64,000 bases of DNA from Opitutaceae bacterium (GTDB taxonomy: Bacteria > Verrucomicrobiota > Verrucomicrobiia > Opitutales > Coraliomargaritaceae): positions 224,001 to 288,000 of the forward strand of contig JBPOFY010000002.1 of assembly GCA_051252375.1 (NCBI GenBank). Direction: 5' to 3'. Positions 1-10,658 of this stretch are shown piece by piece (the stretch's first letter is position 1; every line of letters begins with the position of its first letter). The notes beneath the pieces were generated by a model. The model was not told the origin of the DNA. It did no database searches and saw nothing but the letters and a program-made list of their open reading frames with translations. The position numbers and the translations under genes were made by a program.

Positions 1-459
1 CGGTTGCACGCCTTTTAAGCGAACGCCATCGGGCAGATACACGCGCGTTGCGATGCACTTGACCAAGCGAATCGCTTTGCCCGGATGGCAATTCGCCTCA
101 TGCAAGGCCACAGGGATACCGGCAAAACGTGCGGCCGCACCTAGCCCGACCGACAAAAAACCACCAAACAACAACACTAGATCCGGGCGTTCTTCTTTTA
201 TAAATCTTCGCGAGAACAGATAGCCAGAAAACACGCCCCATATCGAAGCGAAGCGTGCCATGATACCTCCGGCAAACGCACGGCCTGGAGTTTTATGAAA
301 ATTCAGGTGGCTATACTTTGCGATCAGCGCGGAATCGACCTGCTTCTGACTAATCAGTAACCGGCAGTCATGCCCCTGCGATTGCAGCACCTCGGCTACA
401 GCAATACCCGGAGCCAAATGCCCACCGGTGCCGCCACATGCGATGACGATCTTGCTCAT
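1..459 (-). CDS. murG: MurG glycosyltransferase (5' part; runs off the window)
   Basis: Manual translation from ATG at 459 gives MSKIVIACGGTGGHLAPGIAVAE, the MurG GGTGGH motif; ATGA overlap with the ftsW stop. Confidence 0.95.
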   Translation of the reverse strand, partial: MSKIVIACGGTGGHLAPGIAVAEVLQSQGHDCRLLISQKQVDSALIAKYSHLNFHKTPGRAFAGGIMARFASIWGVFSGYLFSRRFIKEERPDLVLLFGGFLSVGLGAAARFAGIPVALHEANCHPGKAIRLVKCIATRVYLPDGVRLKGVQP

Positions 460-1598
460 AGGTCACGCTGTCTCCCCAGCACCGGCATTTCCCATGAACG
501 AAAGCCATTCAATATGATCCCGATCAGAACAAACATGAATACGAGGTTGGAACCTCCGTATGAAATAAACGGCAATGACATGCCCTTCGTCGGCAAACAA
601 CCAGTGACCACACCAATATTGATCAAGGCTTGAAAGGTGACAAATAAGAGCGCACCCATCACTAACAGATATTGATACAGATTGGGCGCACGTTTGAGCT
701 GCAGCACACCGATAAAAAACAAAATCATAAATAGCACCACGACACCTGCGGTGAACTGTAAGCCCAGTTCCTCACCGACGATAGCAAAGATGAAGTCCGT
801 ATGTGCTTCGGGCAGGAATGACATCTGCTGACGTCCTGAACCGAGCCCCACCCCATGCAGTCCACCGGCACCGAAGGCCAGCATTCCCTGCCAGAGCTGA
901 TAGGAGCTATCACTGCGATTGCCTTCCACATCGAGGAAAGAAGTGATGCGCTTTAGTCGAATCGGATCGTGATAGACGGCGACTGAAAAGATCAGCAACG
1001 CAGAGATCGCAGTGGGGATCAAAAACTTAAGCCGCACACCGGCGAGGAAAAGCATTGTGCCACCGACTAAACCGCAAAGGAAGGAGGTTCCGAAATCAGG
1101 CTCGACGATGATAAGGGCACAGAAGACCGCGAGCATCCCGCAAGGCACTAGGTAGCCGCGCAGAATGTCGTCCAAAAATCGGCGATTCATCGCCAGATAG
1201 TGAGCCATGACAAAGAGTAGACCCAATTTCCCGATCTCAGACACTTGTAGCCGCATCGGTCCGAAATCCATCCAACGTTGGGCACCATTCACGCGCACAC
1301 CCAGCCCGGGGACGAGCACCAGCACGAGCATTAAGATGGAGCCTCCTGCGAGGATGAAGGCGTAAGGCCGCAGGGCTTCCAGATTCACGATCATCGCAAT
1401 CGCACCTGCGGCGGTGGCGATGACTAACCAAATCGCTTGCTTGCGCAAGAGCACCGTCGGGTCGTCGTGGATAGCGCGCGACGCACTAAACAGAATGACG
1501 AGCCCAAGAAATGTCAGTGAGATGACGATGAGACTCATGAACACTCCTGCAGGCGGAATCCGCCAAGAGGATTTTCGCGAGACCATGCGGGTGCTCAT
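456..1598 (-). CDS. ftsW: FtsW/RodA/SpoVE family peptidoglycan polymerase
   Basis: NGAQRW, EPDFGT, LPEAHTDFIFA, LPFISYGGS motifs; dcw context. Confidence 0.95.
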   Translation of the reverse strand: MSTRMVSRKSSWRIPPAGVFMSLIVISLTFLGLVILFSASRAIHDDPTVLLRKQAIWLVIATAAGAIAMIVNLEALRPYAFILAGGSILMLVLVLVPGLGVRVNGAQRWMDFGPMRLQVSEIGKLGLLFVMAHYLAMNRRFLDDILRGYLVPCGMLAVFCALIIVEPDFGTSFLCGLVGGTMLFLAGVRLKFLIPTAISALLIFSVAVYHDPIRLKRITSFLDVEGNRSDSSYQLWQGMLAFGAGGLHGVGLGSGRQQMSFLPEAHTDFIFAIVGEELGLQFTAGVVVLFMILFFIGVLQLKRAPNLYQYLLVMGALLFVTFQALINIGVVTGCLPTKGMSLPFISYGGSNLVFMFVLIGIILNGFRSWEMPVLGRQRDL

Positions 1599-1640
1599 TC
1601 TATGTCGCTATCGTAATGGGGATCAATCAAAGGCGAGGTA

Positions 1641-2804
1641 TTACTCTTCCATTCGGATGACTGGAATCTCTACAGCATTTTCAAACATGCTTTCATCATT
1701 GATCGTGACGACATCGTCCTCAACCAAAGGATCGGCTTCGATCACACGGATTTCAATTGGACCATTATTGGCTGGAGGCAAGTATGTGGACGTGACAGAA
1801 GTGGTGGCTGGCTTTGGAGCCAGGACCGTTTCTGTGCTGGTGTCGACATTCGCTGCACTACCTGAAGCGCTTACCTTTAAGGTCTGCCCAATTTGTAAAG
1901 TGCGGGGATCGGTGATGCCATTGAGTGCCAACAGTTCTCCGGATGTCATGCCATACTTACGGGCAATCGTCGCTGGGTATTCGCCGGCTTTCACTGTATG
2001 TGTGCGGGCGGAACCAAAGTTCGTTGGCGCGGAATAAGTAGAGGCCGCCGAGACTGTGTTAACTGGAGCAGGTGCAACGCTTCCAGTGCTACCGGTGCTT
2101 CCGGAAACAGGGATGACCAATGTCTCACCCACTCGGATCATATCGGATGTTTTGCCGTTGGCTGCCTTGATCGCCCGCACAGTCGTATCGTGCTGTTTGG
2201 CAATCTTTGAGAGTGTATCACCACCTTTGACCTTATATTGAACCGAACCGGTATTGAAGGATGTTGGCTGATATGTGTCTGCAGTGACTGTGTTGACTGT
2301 AGCCGTGCCACCTTCAACAGGGATTTGAATTTGCTGACCAATCTTCAATACTGAGTTCTTATTCAAACCATTTGCAGCATAGAGCTCGTTCAGTGAAACG
2401 CTGTAACGCTTGGAGATGGCCCAAAGACTATCACCCTTTTTGACTGTGTAGGTTTCGAAAGAAGAACCCGCGACATTCACGGTTGGACCGCCTGAAACGA
2501 TTGGATCCAAAGGAGCGACGTCATTGAACTCATTGAATTCACCGCTGGAGTCGGGAGCAAAAGAGCCGTTATCCATGCCAGCGTTGAAAGCAGAATCTAA
2601 AGTCGAGCCATTATCCGAACGTGTGGCTTCAATCAAGCCATCTGGTGTGCGAGTCGCGCCCTTTACATTGGTGCGGATGGTGCGATCTTGTTGATATGTT
2701 TGCGTGGGCGGCTGTGTCGTCCGGCAACCAGGCTGCACGATAAGAACGGTGATAACACCGAGGTGGAGACAGAGGACAAATCCAAAGATTTTTGAAGCTT
2801 TCAT
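1641..2804 (-). CDS. Triple-LysM peptidoglycan-binding protein (NlpD-like)
   Basis: Three LysM repeats (YTVKKGDSLWAIS, YKVKGGDTLSKIA, HTVKAGEYPATIA); N-terminal hydrophobic segment; sits between murD and ftsW as in other PVC dcw clusters. Confidence 0.9.
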   Translation of the reverse strand: MKASKIFGFVLCLHLGVITVLIVQPGCRTTQPPTQTYQQDRTIRTNVKGATRTPDGLIEATRSDNGSTLDSAFNAGMDNGSFAPDSSGEFNEFNDVAPLDPIVSGGPTVNVAGSSFETYTVKKGDSLWAISKRYSVSLNELYAANGLNKNSVLKIGQQIQIPVEGGTATVNTVTADTYQPTSFNTGSVQYKVKGGDTLSKIAKQHDTTVRAIKAANGKTSDMIRVGETLVIPVSGSTGSTGSVAPAPVNTVSAASTYSAPTNFGSARTHTVKAGEYPATIARKYGMTSGELLALNGITDPRTLQIGQTLKVSASGSAANVDTSTETVLAPKPATTSVTSTYLPPANNGPIEIRVIEADPLVEDDVVTINDESMFENAVEIPVIRMEE

Positions 2805-2840
2805 AGTAAGATTTTGTAAATGGTTCAGGCTAGATATAGA

Positions 2841-4106
2841 TTAGTCGGTTGCTTGGGCACCGTTCAAACTTAAAACAGTATCAATAAAGCATTTTCCGCG
2901 CTCTTCATAGGAGGAAAATTGATCGAAACTGGAAAAACCGGGACTTAAGAGAACATTTGCAGAGATATCGTCTACCGCGCCCTTCGAGGCAGCCATTACA
3001 GCATCCTCAAATCGCTCGCAAACGGTCACCTTTTTCAGCCATTTCTCAAGTTCGGCAGCGAGACGGCGCCCCACTTCACCGTATACATACGCAGCCGTGA
3101 TATGGGAGGACATTTCCTTAGCGAATAATTCAACATCGCCGCCTTTGACTCGCCCCCCACCAATCCAGTGGATCGGCGTCGGCACGGCATGGATCGCCGC
3201 TAAGGTAGCGTGAAAATTTGTGGCCTTTGAATCATTCCAGAAATTAACCCCATTCCATGTCGCCTCGCGCTTCAATCTGTGCGCCGACAATTCAAAGTTG
3301 TTCGCGGTTTCGACCAGTGCCTCAATCGGCAAATCGAGTAACCACCAAAGCTCCGCAGCCAAACATATATTCTCTGTTTGTGGAAATTCATTAAACGGCG
3401 AACTTGGCTTTAATTTCCTGATCAATGACGGATCGTCGTAGGCAACAGAGCACGCATTGAAGTCCGTGTTCATTAGATTCATCCAGTGACTGACCTGCGG
3501 GCTCAGCACACAAATAGCATCGTGCGCCAGGCAGTCAAAGAGTCGTGCTTTGGCATAAAAATAATCAGACATGGATTCGTAGCGATCCAAATGATCTTCC
3601 GCAAAGTTCGTCCAGACCAGTGCATCCAATTCCAAGCCGAACGGCATCTCAGCCTGAAAAGAGCTGATTTCGCAAACCGCATAGGACTCGGGAGTATTCT
3701 TGTCGGAGAGCACCGCGTCGCTGAGTGGATAACCGATGTTGCCCGTTGCTACCGCTTGATGCCCCGCGGCCTGCAACGATTGCGTCAAAAATTTCGTAAG
3801 CGTGCTCTTACCGTTGGTGCCGGTCACTGCAATGATTTTGCCCTTCCAATGACGAGCCGCAAAGCCGAGCTCTCCAAAGCATGCCTTATCGGATTTAACC
3901 GCAATTTTTCGCCACGGGTGCTCCAAGCCAAATCCAGGGCTGACGACAACAGTATCAAAGGCTTCCAATTGACTAGCGGTAAACACATCGCTGTCACCGC
4001 GCCCATCCTGATCAAACAAGCTCACCTCATGGCCCAAGGATGCAGCCAAACGGCGAGCCGCTTGACCACTGATTCCTGCACCGAGGATGGCGATTTTTTT
4101 AGACAT
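2841..4106 (-). CDS. murD: UDP-MurNAc-L-Ala:D-Glu ligase
   Basis: GAGISG, TGTNGKST, NDSKATN, LLSPG..SFDQF..YEERG. Confidence 0.95.
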   Translation of the reverse strand: MSKKIAILGAGISGQAARRLAASLGHEVSLFDQDGRGDSDVFTASQLEAFDTVVVSPGFGLEHPWRKIAVKSDKACFGELGFAARHWKGKIIAVTGTNGKSTLTKFLTQSLQAAGHQAVATGNIGYPLSDAVLSDKNTPESYAVCEISSFQAEMPFGLELDALVWTNFAEDHLDRYESMSDYFYAKARLFDCLAHDAICVLSPQVSHWMNLMNTDFNACSVAYDDPSLIRKLKPSSPFNEFPQTENICLAAELWWLLDLPIEALVETANNFELSAHRLKREATWNGVNFWNDSKATNFHATLAAIHAVPTPIHWIGGGRVKGGDVELFAKEMSSHITAAYVYGEVGRRLAAELEKWLKKVTVCERFEDAVMAASKGAVDDISANVLLSPGFSSFDQFSSYEERGKCFIDTVLSLNGAQATD

Positions 4107-4129
4107 TTAAGAAGAACGAGGAATAAAAT

Positions 4130-5230
4130 TTAACGAAGTTTCAAAGTCGCAAGACCAGCCATAGCAAAAATCAAGGAAAGTATCCAGAAGCGAATAACGA
4201 CTTTATTCTCATGCCAGCCCTTGAGCTCAAAATGGTGATGGATCGGAGACATGCGAAAAATACGCTTTTTCCGCAGCTTAAATGAGCCGACTTGTAAAAT
4301 AACGGACATCGCTTCCATCACAAAAATACCACCGACAATGACTAAAGTCAGCGGTTGATGCACCATAAAGGCGATCATTCCGATCAAACCACCAAGCGCT
4401 AATGAACCCGTATCTCCCATAAAGACTTCAGCCGGATGTGAGTTATACCAAAGAAATGCCAGACTCGCGCCCAATAAAGCCGAACATACCACAGCCAACT
4501 CCCCTGCCCCGGGAATGAAACTGATGAACAAATAGTCCGAGATAATCGCATTACCCGCAGCATATGCCATAATTGCGTAAGCCAGCGCAACCGTCACCGT
4601 GCAACCAATAGCCAAACCATCGACGCCATCCGTGAGGTTGATCGCATTACTCGAACCTGCCAAAATGAGAAAGAGAAACGGCACCAAAAAGAAGAGCGGC
4701 ATCTTCAGCCAAAGCACCTCTTTATAAAAGGGCACCCACAATTCACGCATGCGCTCAGCGGACTCTGGAGCACTCAGCAACAAAAGGAGCGCCAATCCAG
4801 TCAGCGCAGCTTGGCCGACCAACTTCCAACGACCGGGAAGCCCCTTACTATTCGCCTTCGCGACCTTGAGATAATCATCCAAGAAACCAATCACTGTGAG
4901 TCCGAGATAAACTAGCAAAGCGGTATACACATACACATTGGGACGCGCCCAGAGCACCGAACTCACAACGATCGAAACACAGATCATCAGCCCGCCCATA
5001 GTTGGCGTCTGCGCTTTAGTGGCATGCAAATCGGCTAATTCGCCGACTTCGTCTTTACCTCGCAAAGACTGCTTGGCACGCAACTCCCGAAGTTTGGCAA
5101 AGATCCAAGGTCCCACCAAAAAACCAACCCCCAATGCAGTCACCCCCGCAAATGCAGCGCGCAAGGTGAGATAACGAAAGAGACGAAGCGGGCCAAAGTA
5201 GGCTTCAAAATCGGCGAGATAACTGAGCAT
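4130..5230 (-). CDS. mraY: Phospho-MurNAc-pentapeptide transferase
   Basis: TPTMGG, GFLDDY, NLTDGVDGL, FMGDTGS, PIHHHFE. Confidence 0.97.
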   Translation of the reverse strand: MLSYLADFEAYFGPLRLFRYLTLRAAFAGVTALGVGFLVGPWIFAKLRELRAKQSLRGKDEVGELADLHATKAQTPTMGGLMICVSIVVSSVLWARPNVYVYTALLVYLGLTVIGFLDDYLKVAKANSKGLPGRWKLVGQAALTGLALLLLLSAPESAERMRELWVPFYKEVLWLKMPLFFLVPFLFLILAGSSNAINLTDGVDGLAIGCTVTVALAYAIMAYAAGNAIISDYLFISFIPGAGELAVVCSALLGASLAFLWYNSHPAEVFMGDTGSLALGGLIGMIAFMVHQPLTLVIVGGIFVMEAMSVILQVGSFKLRKKRIFRMSPIHHHFELKGWHENKVVIRFWILSLIFAMAGLATLKLR

Positions 5231-5265
5231 GGTAAGCGTTTAGAAAATGATGATTAGAGTGTTCC

Positions 5266-6630
5266 CTATGGAAGTAGTTTTTCGAGTTGGTAGCTACGAC
5301 TCCCTTTGAGAAAGAGTGCACCGTGAAATTCAGCAATGTCCGATTTCACTTTTTCGATAGATTCGCTGGCATGAAGCTGGTTCGAGGGATTCCCCGACCG
5401 TTTCGCACCTGCTTTATACGCTTCGACCAGCTCGCTCGGACCGACGAAGTAAGCTCGATCCTCCGCACGCAACTGAAGTTGAGCGCCGATCAATGCATGC
5501 TGTTCGACTGCAGTCGCGCCCAGCTCATTCATTGCGCCCAAAATATAGGCCCGAGGCTGCTCAGCATCCATGACATGAATAAAAGCAGACAAGGCATCCG
5601 CCATCGAAGTCGGATTGGCATTATAACAATCAACGTAGAAGGTCTGCGAGCCGACTACTTGAATACTCCCGCGTGTGCCCGCTGCCTGCCAAAACCTCAT
5701 ACGCTCTTGAAGCACCGTCATCTCGACCCCGAGTTGACGAGCAGCCACAATCGCTAGTGCCGCATTGGTCGCGATACCACGACTCGGTGTGGCAATGGTA
5801 AATTCGAAAGCATCCAGAGAGAGTTGATGCGCAGCACCTCCTTCAATCGACGACAAACGATAAGGCACCAACTGTCGCACTGACACATCCGGCGATACTT
5901 CTTCTTCCGTATGCACAACAATCGCACGATCAGCCATCGCTCTAAATGCAGGGAACTGCAAAAGGCTCGCTGGAATGACAACCGGTGAGCCCTCTGCCGC
6001 AGCAGTAGCTAAGCGTGCTTTTTCTTCTGCCACCTTCTCAATAGAACCCAACAATTCCAAATGCGCATGTCCCACGTTGGTGACAATAGTCATGTCGGCA
6101 CATATCATAGCGCCGAGTTGCTGCATCTCACCGGGCTGGTTGATCCCCGCTTCAATGACGGCGAAGTCATGTTGAGTCGCATCCAGTCCGAAGAGCGTCA
6201 TGGGCACGCCAATCAAATTATTCCAATTGCCCGCAGTGGCATGTGTATGCGTTTCACCGAGCAAGATACGTAGCATTTCCTTCGTCGAAGTCTTGCCGCA
6301 ACTACCAGTGATTCCGACCACCGGCGATGTGAACTTCGAACGAACGAATGCCCCCAAGGAGCCAAGCGCTCGCAATGAGTCAGTCACGACGAGTTGTGGT
6401 ATCGTCACATCGACTGGTCGTTCCACCAGTGCCATCACTGCGCCACCGACCTGAGCTTGTTGCACAAAGTCATGCCCATCGCGCGCGCCTCCACTTAAAG
6501 CGACGAAGCACTCCCCTAACTGAACCTGTCGCGCATCGAAACAAAAACGTTCAATCTGCTGCTCCGGCATGCCACCATGCCACTTTCCATCTGTAATCGT
6601 AACGAGCTCTTCTGTAGATATGCCGCGCAT
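5266..6630 (-). CDS. murF: UDP-MurNAc-tripeptide:D-Ala-D-Ala ligase
   Basis: DGHDF, TGSCGKTSTK, DCYNANPTSM, KGSR. Confidence 0.93.
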   Translation of the reverse strand: MRGISTEELVTITDGKWHGGMPEQQIERFCFDARQVQLGECFVALSGGARDGHDFVQQAQVGGAVMALVERPVDVTIPQLVVTDSLRALGSLGAFVRSKFTSPVVGITGSCGKTSTKEMLRILLGETHTHATAGNWNNLIGVPMTLFGLDATQHDFAVIEAGINQPGEMQQLGAMICADMTIVTNVGHAHLELLGSIEKVAEEKARLATAAAEGSPVVIPASLLQFPAFRAMADRAIVVHTEEEVSPDVSVRQLVPYRLSSIEGGAAHQLSLDAFEFTIATPSRGIATNAALAIVAARQLGVEMTVLQERMRFWQAAGTRGSIQVVGSQTFYVDCYNANPTSMADALSAFIHVMDAEQPRAYILGAMNELGATAVEQHALIGAQLQLRAEDRAYFVGPSELVEAYKAGAKRSGNPSNQLHASESIEKVKSDIAEFHGALFLKGSRSYQLEKLLP

Positions 6631-6645
6631 CGTGCTGATAAAATC

Positions 6646-8226
6646 CTATACGCTAAAATCTTTCAACTGAATCAACTCACGGGCGATTTGGCGGTCATCA
6701 AAAGGTGTGACGGATCCGTCAAACTCTTGATAAGTCTCATGGCCTTTGCCGGCAATCAAGACACAGTCGCCAGGTTGCGCAGCATCCAATGCCAGCGAGA
6801 TCGCACGCTTACGATCATTGATAAATACTGCGCGCTCAGATCCCTCAGCTGCCTGCATGTCTTCAAAAATCTGCTCGATCGATTCAGAGCGCGGATTATC
6901 GGAAGTGACAAATACCTGATCGGCCCCCTCCAAAGCAGCTTCCAACATGGGCGCCCGTTTGCTGCGATCACGATCACCACCACAGCCAAATACGACGATC
7001 AATTTGCCCTCAGTGATTTCAGACAACATTCCACAGGCATGCTTGATGGCATCATCCGTATGTGCGTAATCGACTAATACATTGAAAGGCTGACCCGCTA
7101 GCACGGATTCCATGCGACCGGGCACACCGGGAAAGGTTGTTAACTGCAGTAACAGCTCTGAAATCTCATAGCCTTTCGCACGTCCTATCGCGAGTGCCGC
7201 CAAAAGATTACTCACATTGTATCGTCCCAATAGAGGCGAAACAACGGTTGCCTCACCTTCGGGCCACGACAAATCGAATTCGGTGCGGTCGGCATATAAC
7301 TTTACATGACTCGCACGAATCATGGCATTCTCTGCCAGACCAAAAGTAACCACAGGCAAACCACCGGGCAACTCCGAGTGCAACCGCTGACCATAAGGGC
7401 AATCGATATTGATCACACCAGCCTTAGGCACCTTACCGATTTCTCCAGTAAAGAGCCGTTTTTTGACCAAATAATAGGCCTCCATCGATTTGTGATAATC
7501 GATATGGTCACGTGTTAAGTTAAGAAAAACAGCAACATCCACATCCAGACCGTAAACACGATTCTGGTCGATCCCGTGAGAGCTGATTTCCATCACGGCC
7601 TCTTCGCAACCGTTGGTCACCATCTGGCTGAGCAAGGCATAGACATCGACCGACTCCGGTGTGGTTCGGAACGACGGCAAAGTGCGCTTACCCAAATCAT
7701 AGCGAATGGTGCCGAGCAAACCCACTTGATCACTGCCGCCTATTAAGTGCTGCGTGAGCATGGAAACAGTGGTCTTACCGTTCGTCCCAGTGACACCTGC
7801 GACGCGGAGTTTCTCATCCGGGCGCTCATAAAAACTGCGTGAGATGATCGCCAGCGTCTTTCGCACATCCTTCACCTGAATGTAATCGATCGGAAAGAAT
7901 GCGCCCAAGTTTTGCTCGGTGATGATCGCCACTGCGCCACGGTCGACCGCTTCTTCGACGTAGTGATTACCATCCGTGCGCAATCCACCGATCGCAAAAA
8001 ACAAAGCGCCGGGCACAACTCTGCGACTATCCGTGATCAAGCAGGTCACCGTCGGATCGTGGCGCTCTTTACGGCTGACGACGTCGACACCTTCGATGAG
8101 TTGCTTCAACGTAGGATTCATCGACATACGGTTCGTAGTGTTTGCAGAAGAGGCGCGCGAGTAGGATTGGCGTGAGCTGGCAGCGGAAAGTAATGTGCTA
8201 ATTTGAAAGTCGGCTAGTCCGATCAT
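6646..8226 (-). CDS. murE: UDP-MurNAc-dipeptide:mDAP ligase (start may be about 100 nt downstream, at MSMNP)
   Basis: TGTNGKTT, TTPES, NLTRDHIDYH, DYAHT, DNPR (mDAP specificity), AGKGHE. Confidence 0.95.
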   Translation of the reverse strand: MIGLADFQISTLLSAASSRQSYSRASSANTTNRMSMNPTLKQLIEGVDVVSRKERHDPTVTCLITDSRRVVPGALFFAIGGLRTDGNHYVEEAVDRGAVAIITEQNLGAFFPIDYIQVKDVRKTLAIISRSFYERPDEKLRVAGVTGTNGKTTVSMLTQHLIGGSDQVGLLGTIRYDLGKRTLPSFRTTPESVDVYALLSQMVTNGCEEAVMEISSHGIDQNRVYGLDVDVAVFLNLTRDHIDYHKSMEAYYLVKKRLFTGEIGKVPKAGVINIDCPYGQRLHSELPGGLPVVTFGLAENAMIRASHVKLYADRTEFDLSWPEGEATVVSPLLGRYNVSNLLAALAIGRAKGYEISELLLQLTTFPGVPGRMESVLAGQPFNVLVDYAHTDDAIKHACGMLSEITEGKLIVVFGCGGDRDRSKRAPMLEAALEGADQVFVTSDNPRSESIEQIFEDMQAAEGSERAVFINDRKRAISLALDAAQPGDCVLIAGKGHETYQEFDGSVTPFDDRQIARELIQLKDFSV

Positions 8227-10012
8227 AAATAGAGTTTTCTAAAGCGAGGAAGGAGGCATCCCTTTTCGATGAACGAATGCCCAAATATGCGATACAAGCT
8301 TCCGCAATATTGCGGAAGGCTGGCGCGGAAACGGAACCCCCATAACCGACACCATTAAACTTCGGTTCATCCACCACGACGGTGATGACCAAGGCCGGGT
8401 TATCAGCTGGGAAGAATCCACTAAAAGATGCGACGTGATGTTGGCGGGAATATTGCCCATTCACGATTTTTTGCGTGGTGCCTGTCTTACCGGCTACCAT
8501 GTAGTTTTCGATCGCGGCTTTACGCGCAGTGCCTTCGGTGCCGACAACGTCTGCCAACATCTGGCACATCGTCTCAGCCACCTCAGTTGAAATCACACGA
8601 CGCTTCGCCTTCGGGCTGAAACGGATGACATCGTTACCGTAGGCATCAAACACACGCTTGGTGAGTAAAGGCTCCATCAACACACCCTTATTCGCGATCA
8701 CCGACATCGCACTGTGCACTTGCATCGGCGTAGCGCTCACTGCGTGCCCCATCGGTAAACGTGTGATCGTAAGGCCATCCCAGTTCTTCACTTGATGGAG
8801 TGTGCCGGAAACTTCACCGCCTAGGTCGCAACCTGTCGTTTCACCAAACCCAAAAGCAGCGGAATAATTATATAGGCGATCCTCCCCCAACATCATACCA
8901 AGATGCGCCGCACCGCGATTGCTTGATTTCACCACGATGTCATGCATCGAGAGTTCATCATACACGTGGTGATCACCTGGCAGCTTCAAGGTGCGGCCTC
9001 TATAGCTCACCTTTGAAACACCAGTTTGGAACATGTCTCCAGGACGAACAATCCCCTCGTTCAATGCTCCAGCAGCCGAAACGATCTTAAAGGTAGAACC
9101 AGGCTCGAACACATCGGTAAGTGCGCGATTACGCTGCCACTTGATCGGATATTTTTTAGTGTTATAAAATTCGTTCGGATCGTAGGTCGGATAATTTGCC
9201 ATCGCGAGCACCGCTCCAGTGGATGGCTCACTCACGATAATACTGATACCATTAGGATTATATTGCTCTGCGACTTTACGGATTTCCGCTTCAACAATAT
9301 GTTGCACCATCTGATCGATGCTGAGCTGCACGCTCAGACCATCGGTGGGATCGACTTGTCGTTCACGAAATTCTGCAAGTTCACGACGTTTGCCATCGCG
9401 CTCGGTTTCGCGCCACCCGTCTTGACCGCGCAAGTAGTAATCAAAGAAACGCTCGATGCCAGTAACAGGTGTTTCCTCCTTATTGACATAGCCCAACACA
9501 TGGGCAGCTAACTGACCGGAAGGATACGCACGGGTGAAGTTGCTATTTCCATACACACCCTTGATGCCCAAGCCCTTGACCAAATCGTGTGTCGCTTCGT
9601 CAACACCCTTGGCGAGGGCTGCCCAACGAATCAAACGCACTTCTTTCGAATGCTCCCCACCCTTGCGAGTCTTGGTATCAATCGCAGTTTCGATATCGAC
9701 CAATGGCTGTCCGAGTAGTTTTGCCAACTCCTCTATTTTCACACGGTCCTCTTCACGAAATGACTGCGGATCGACGCCGATATCATATGCCGTGCGCGTC
9801 GTCGCGAGTAAGTTGCCACGTGAATCCACAATACTGCCACGGCGTGCTTCGACCACGTTGACCATCTTTCGATTGGTCATGACATGCTCCATCAACGCCT
9901 CCTGCTCCCACACGTGCAAGTAGAACAAACGCCCAAGCAACACGCAGAACGCAAATGCTACGGCGCACGACACTAGCGACGCACGATAACTGGAGACGAA
10001 GGCTTTACTCAT
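8198..10012 (-). CDS. ftsI: Class B penicillin-binding protein (PBP3)
   Basis: RGSIVD, EPGSTFK (SxxK), SSN (SxN), KTGT; dcw position. Confidence 0.93.
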   Translation of the reverse strand: MSKAFVSSYRASLVSCAVAFAFCVLLGRLFYLHVWEQEALMEHVMTNRKMVNVVEARRGSIVDSRGNLLATTRTAYDIGVDPQSFREEDRVKIEELAKLLGQPLVDIETAIDTKTRKGGEHSKEVRLIRWAALAKGVDEATHDLVKGLGIKGVYGNSNFTRAYPSGQLAAHVLGYVNKEETPVTGIERFFDYYLRGQDGWRETERDGKRRELAEFRERQVDPTDGLSVQLSIDQMVQHIVEAEIRKVAEQYNPNGISIIVSEPSTGAVLAMANYPTYDPNEFYNTKKYPIKWQRNRALTDVFEPGSTFKIVSAAGALNEGIVRPGDMFQTGVSKVSYRGRTLKLPGDHHVYDELSMHDIVVKSSNRGAAHLGMMLGEDRLYNYSAAFGFGETTGCDLGGEVSGTLHQVKNWDGLTITRLPMGHAVSATPMQVHSAMSVIANKGVLMEPLLTKRVFDAYGNDVIRFSPKAKRRVISTEVAETMCQMLADVVGTEGTARKAAIENYMVAGKTGTTQKIVNGQYSRQHHVASFSGFFPADNPALVITVVVDEPKFNGVGYGGSVSAPAFRNIAEACIAYLGIRSSKRDASFLALENSIYDRTSRLSN

Positions 10013-10021
10013 TCAAAATTG

Positions 10022-10243
10022 TTAGGCTACTTGATTTTTCTTAGTATTTTTATAACGGGAAGCTAATAGTCGAAGCGTGCGATCTGACGGACGCAGCGGC
10101 TCTGCAGAAGGTGGCCAAGCACAGGACGAAGGTTCTGCTTCGAGTGCGGCATGCTCCACCACACGCGCGATTCCCCCACTCACCCCGAGATCGAGCGTGT
10201 CTTTGTGTTGTCGACAACGAAAATAGCTAGATGTGATGTGCAT
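10022..10243 (-). CDS. Putative small ORF (73 aa) between ftsL and ftsI
   Basis: Co-oriented ORF filling the ftsL-ftsI gap; no recognisable family. Confidence 0.35.
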   Translation of the reverse strand: MHITSSYFRCRQHKDTLDLGVSGGIARVVEHAALEAEPSSCAWPPSAEPLRPSDRTLRLLASRYKNTKKNQVA

Positions 10244-10264
10244 GGCAGTCGGGGGTTAATAGAA

Positions 10265-10642
10265 TTATCGAGAGGTATTGATATCGAGCAGCGCCAAGTC
10301 CATGGACACTTCGTATGGAGCAGAGAGCGCATACGCACGACCAGTCGCTACGTTTTGCTCATTCACCCATACGATTTGATCATCCATCGAAGGACGTAAA
10401 ACTCCGGCCACTTTACCTTGCAGCACTACAGGCTGATGCATGGTCGCAATGCGCTCATCGAGGTAGCGTAGCTTGCGAACTGTCTCTGCAAGCATTGCCT
10501 CATTCTCTTTACTGTTTTGCGCAGTGCGCGAGATTTGCTGCTGCATCCATACAATCGCGAAAGCGCTGATCACCGTGATGGCGATCATCGAAACAACGAG
10601 TAGATAGATACGTTGGCGGCCCTGAGAGGATATTGAGTTCAT
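10265..10642 (-). CDS. ftsL: FtsL-like cell division protein
   Basis: Single N-terminal TM plus coiled coil; located between rsmH and ftsI. Confidence 0.7.
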   Translation of the reverse strand: MNSISSQGRQRIYLLVVSMIAITVISAFAIVWMQQQISRTAQNSKENEAMLAETVRKLRYLDERIATMHQPVVLQGKVAGVLRPSMDDQIVWVNEQNVATGRAYALSAPYEVSMDLALLDINTSR

Positions 10643-10658
10643 AGTAGTCAGTGGTTTG

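Noticed and set aside
1641..2804. LysM gene inside dcw as a novelty
   Set aside because: The murD-LysM(nlpD)-ftsW order is already known in PVC bacteria
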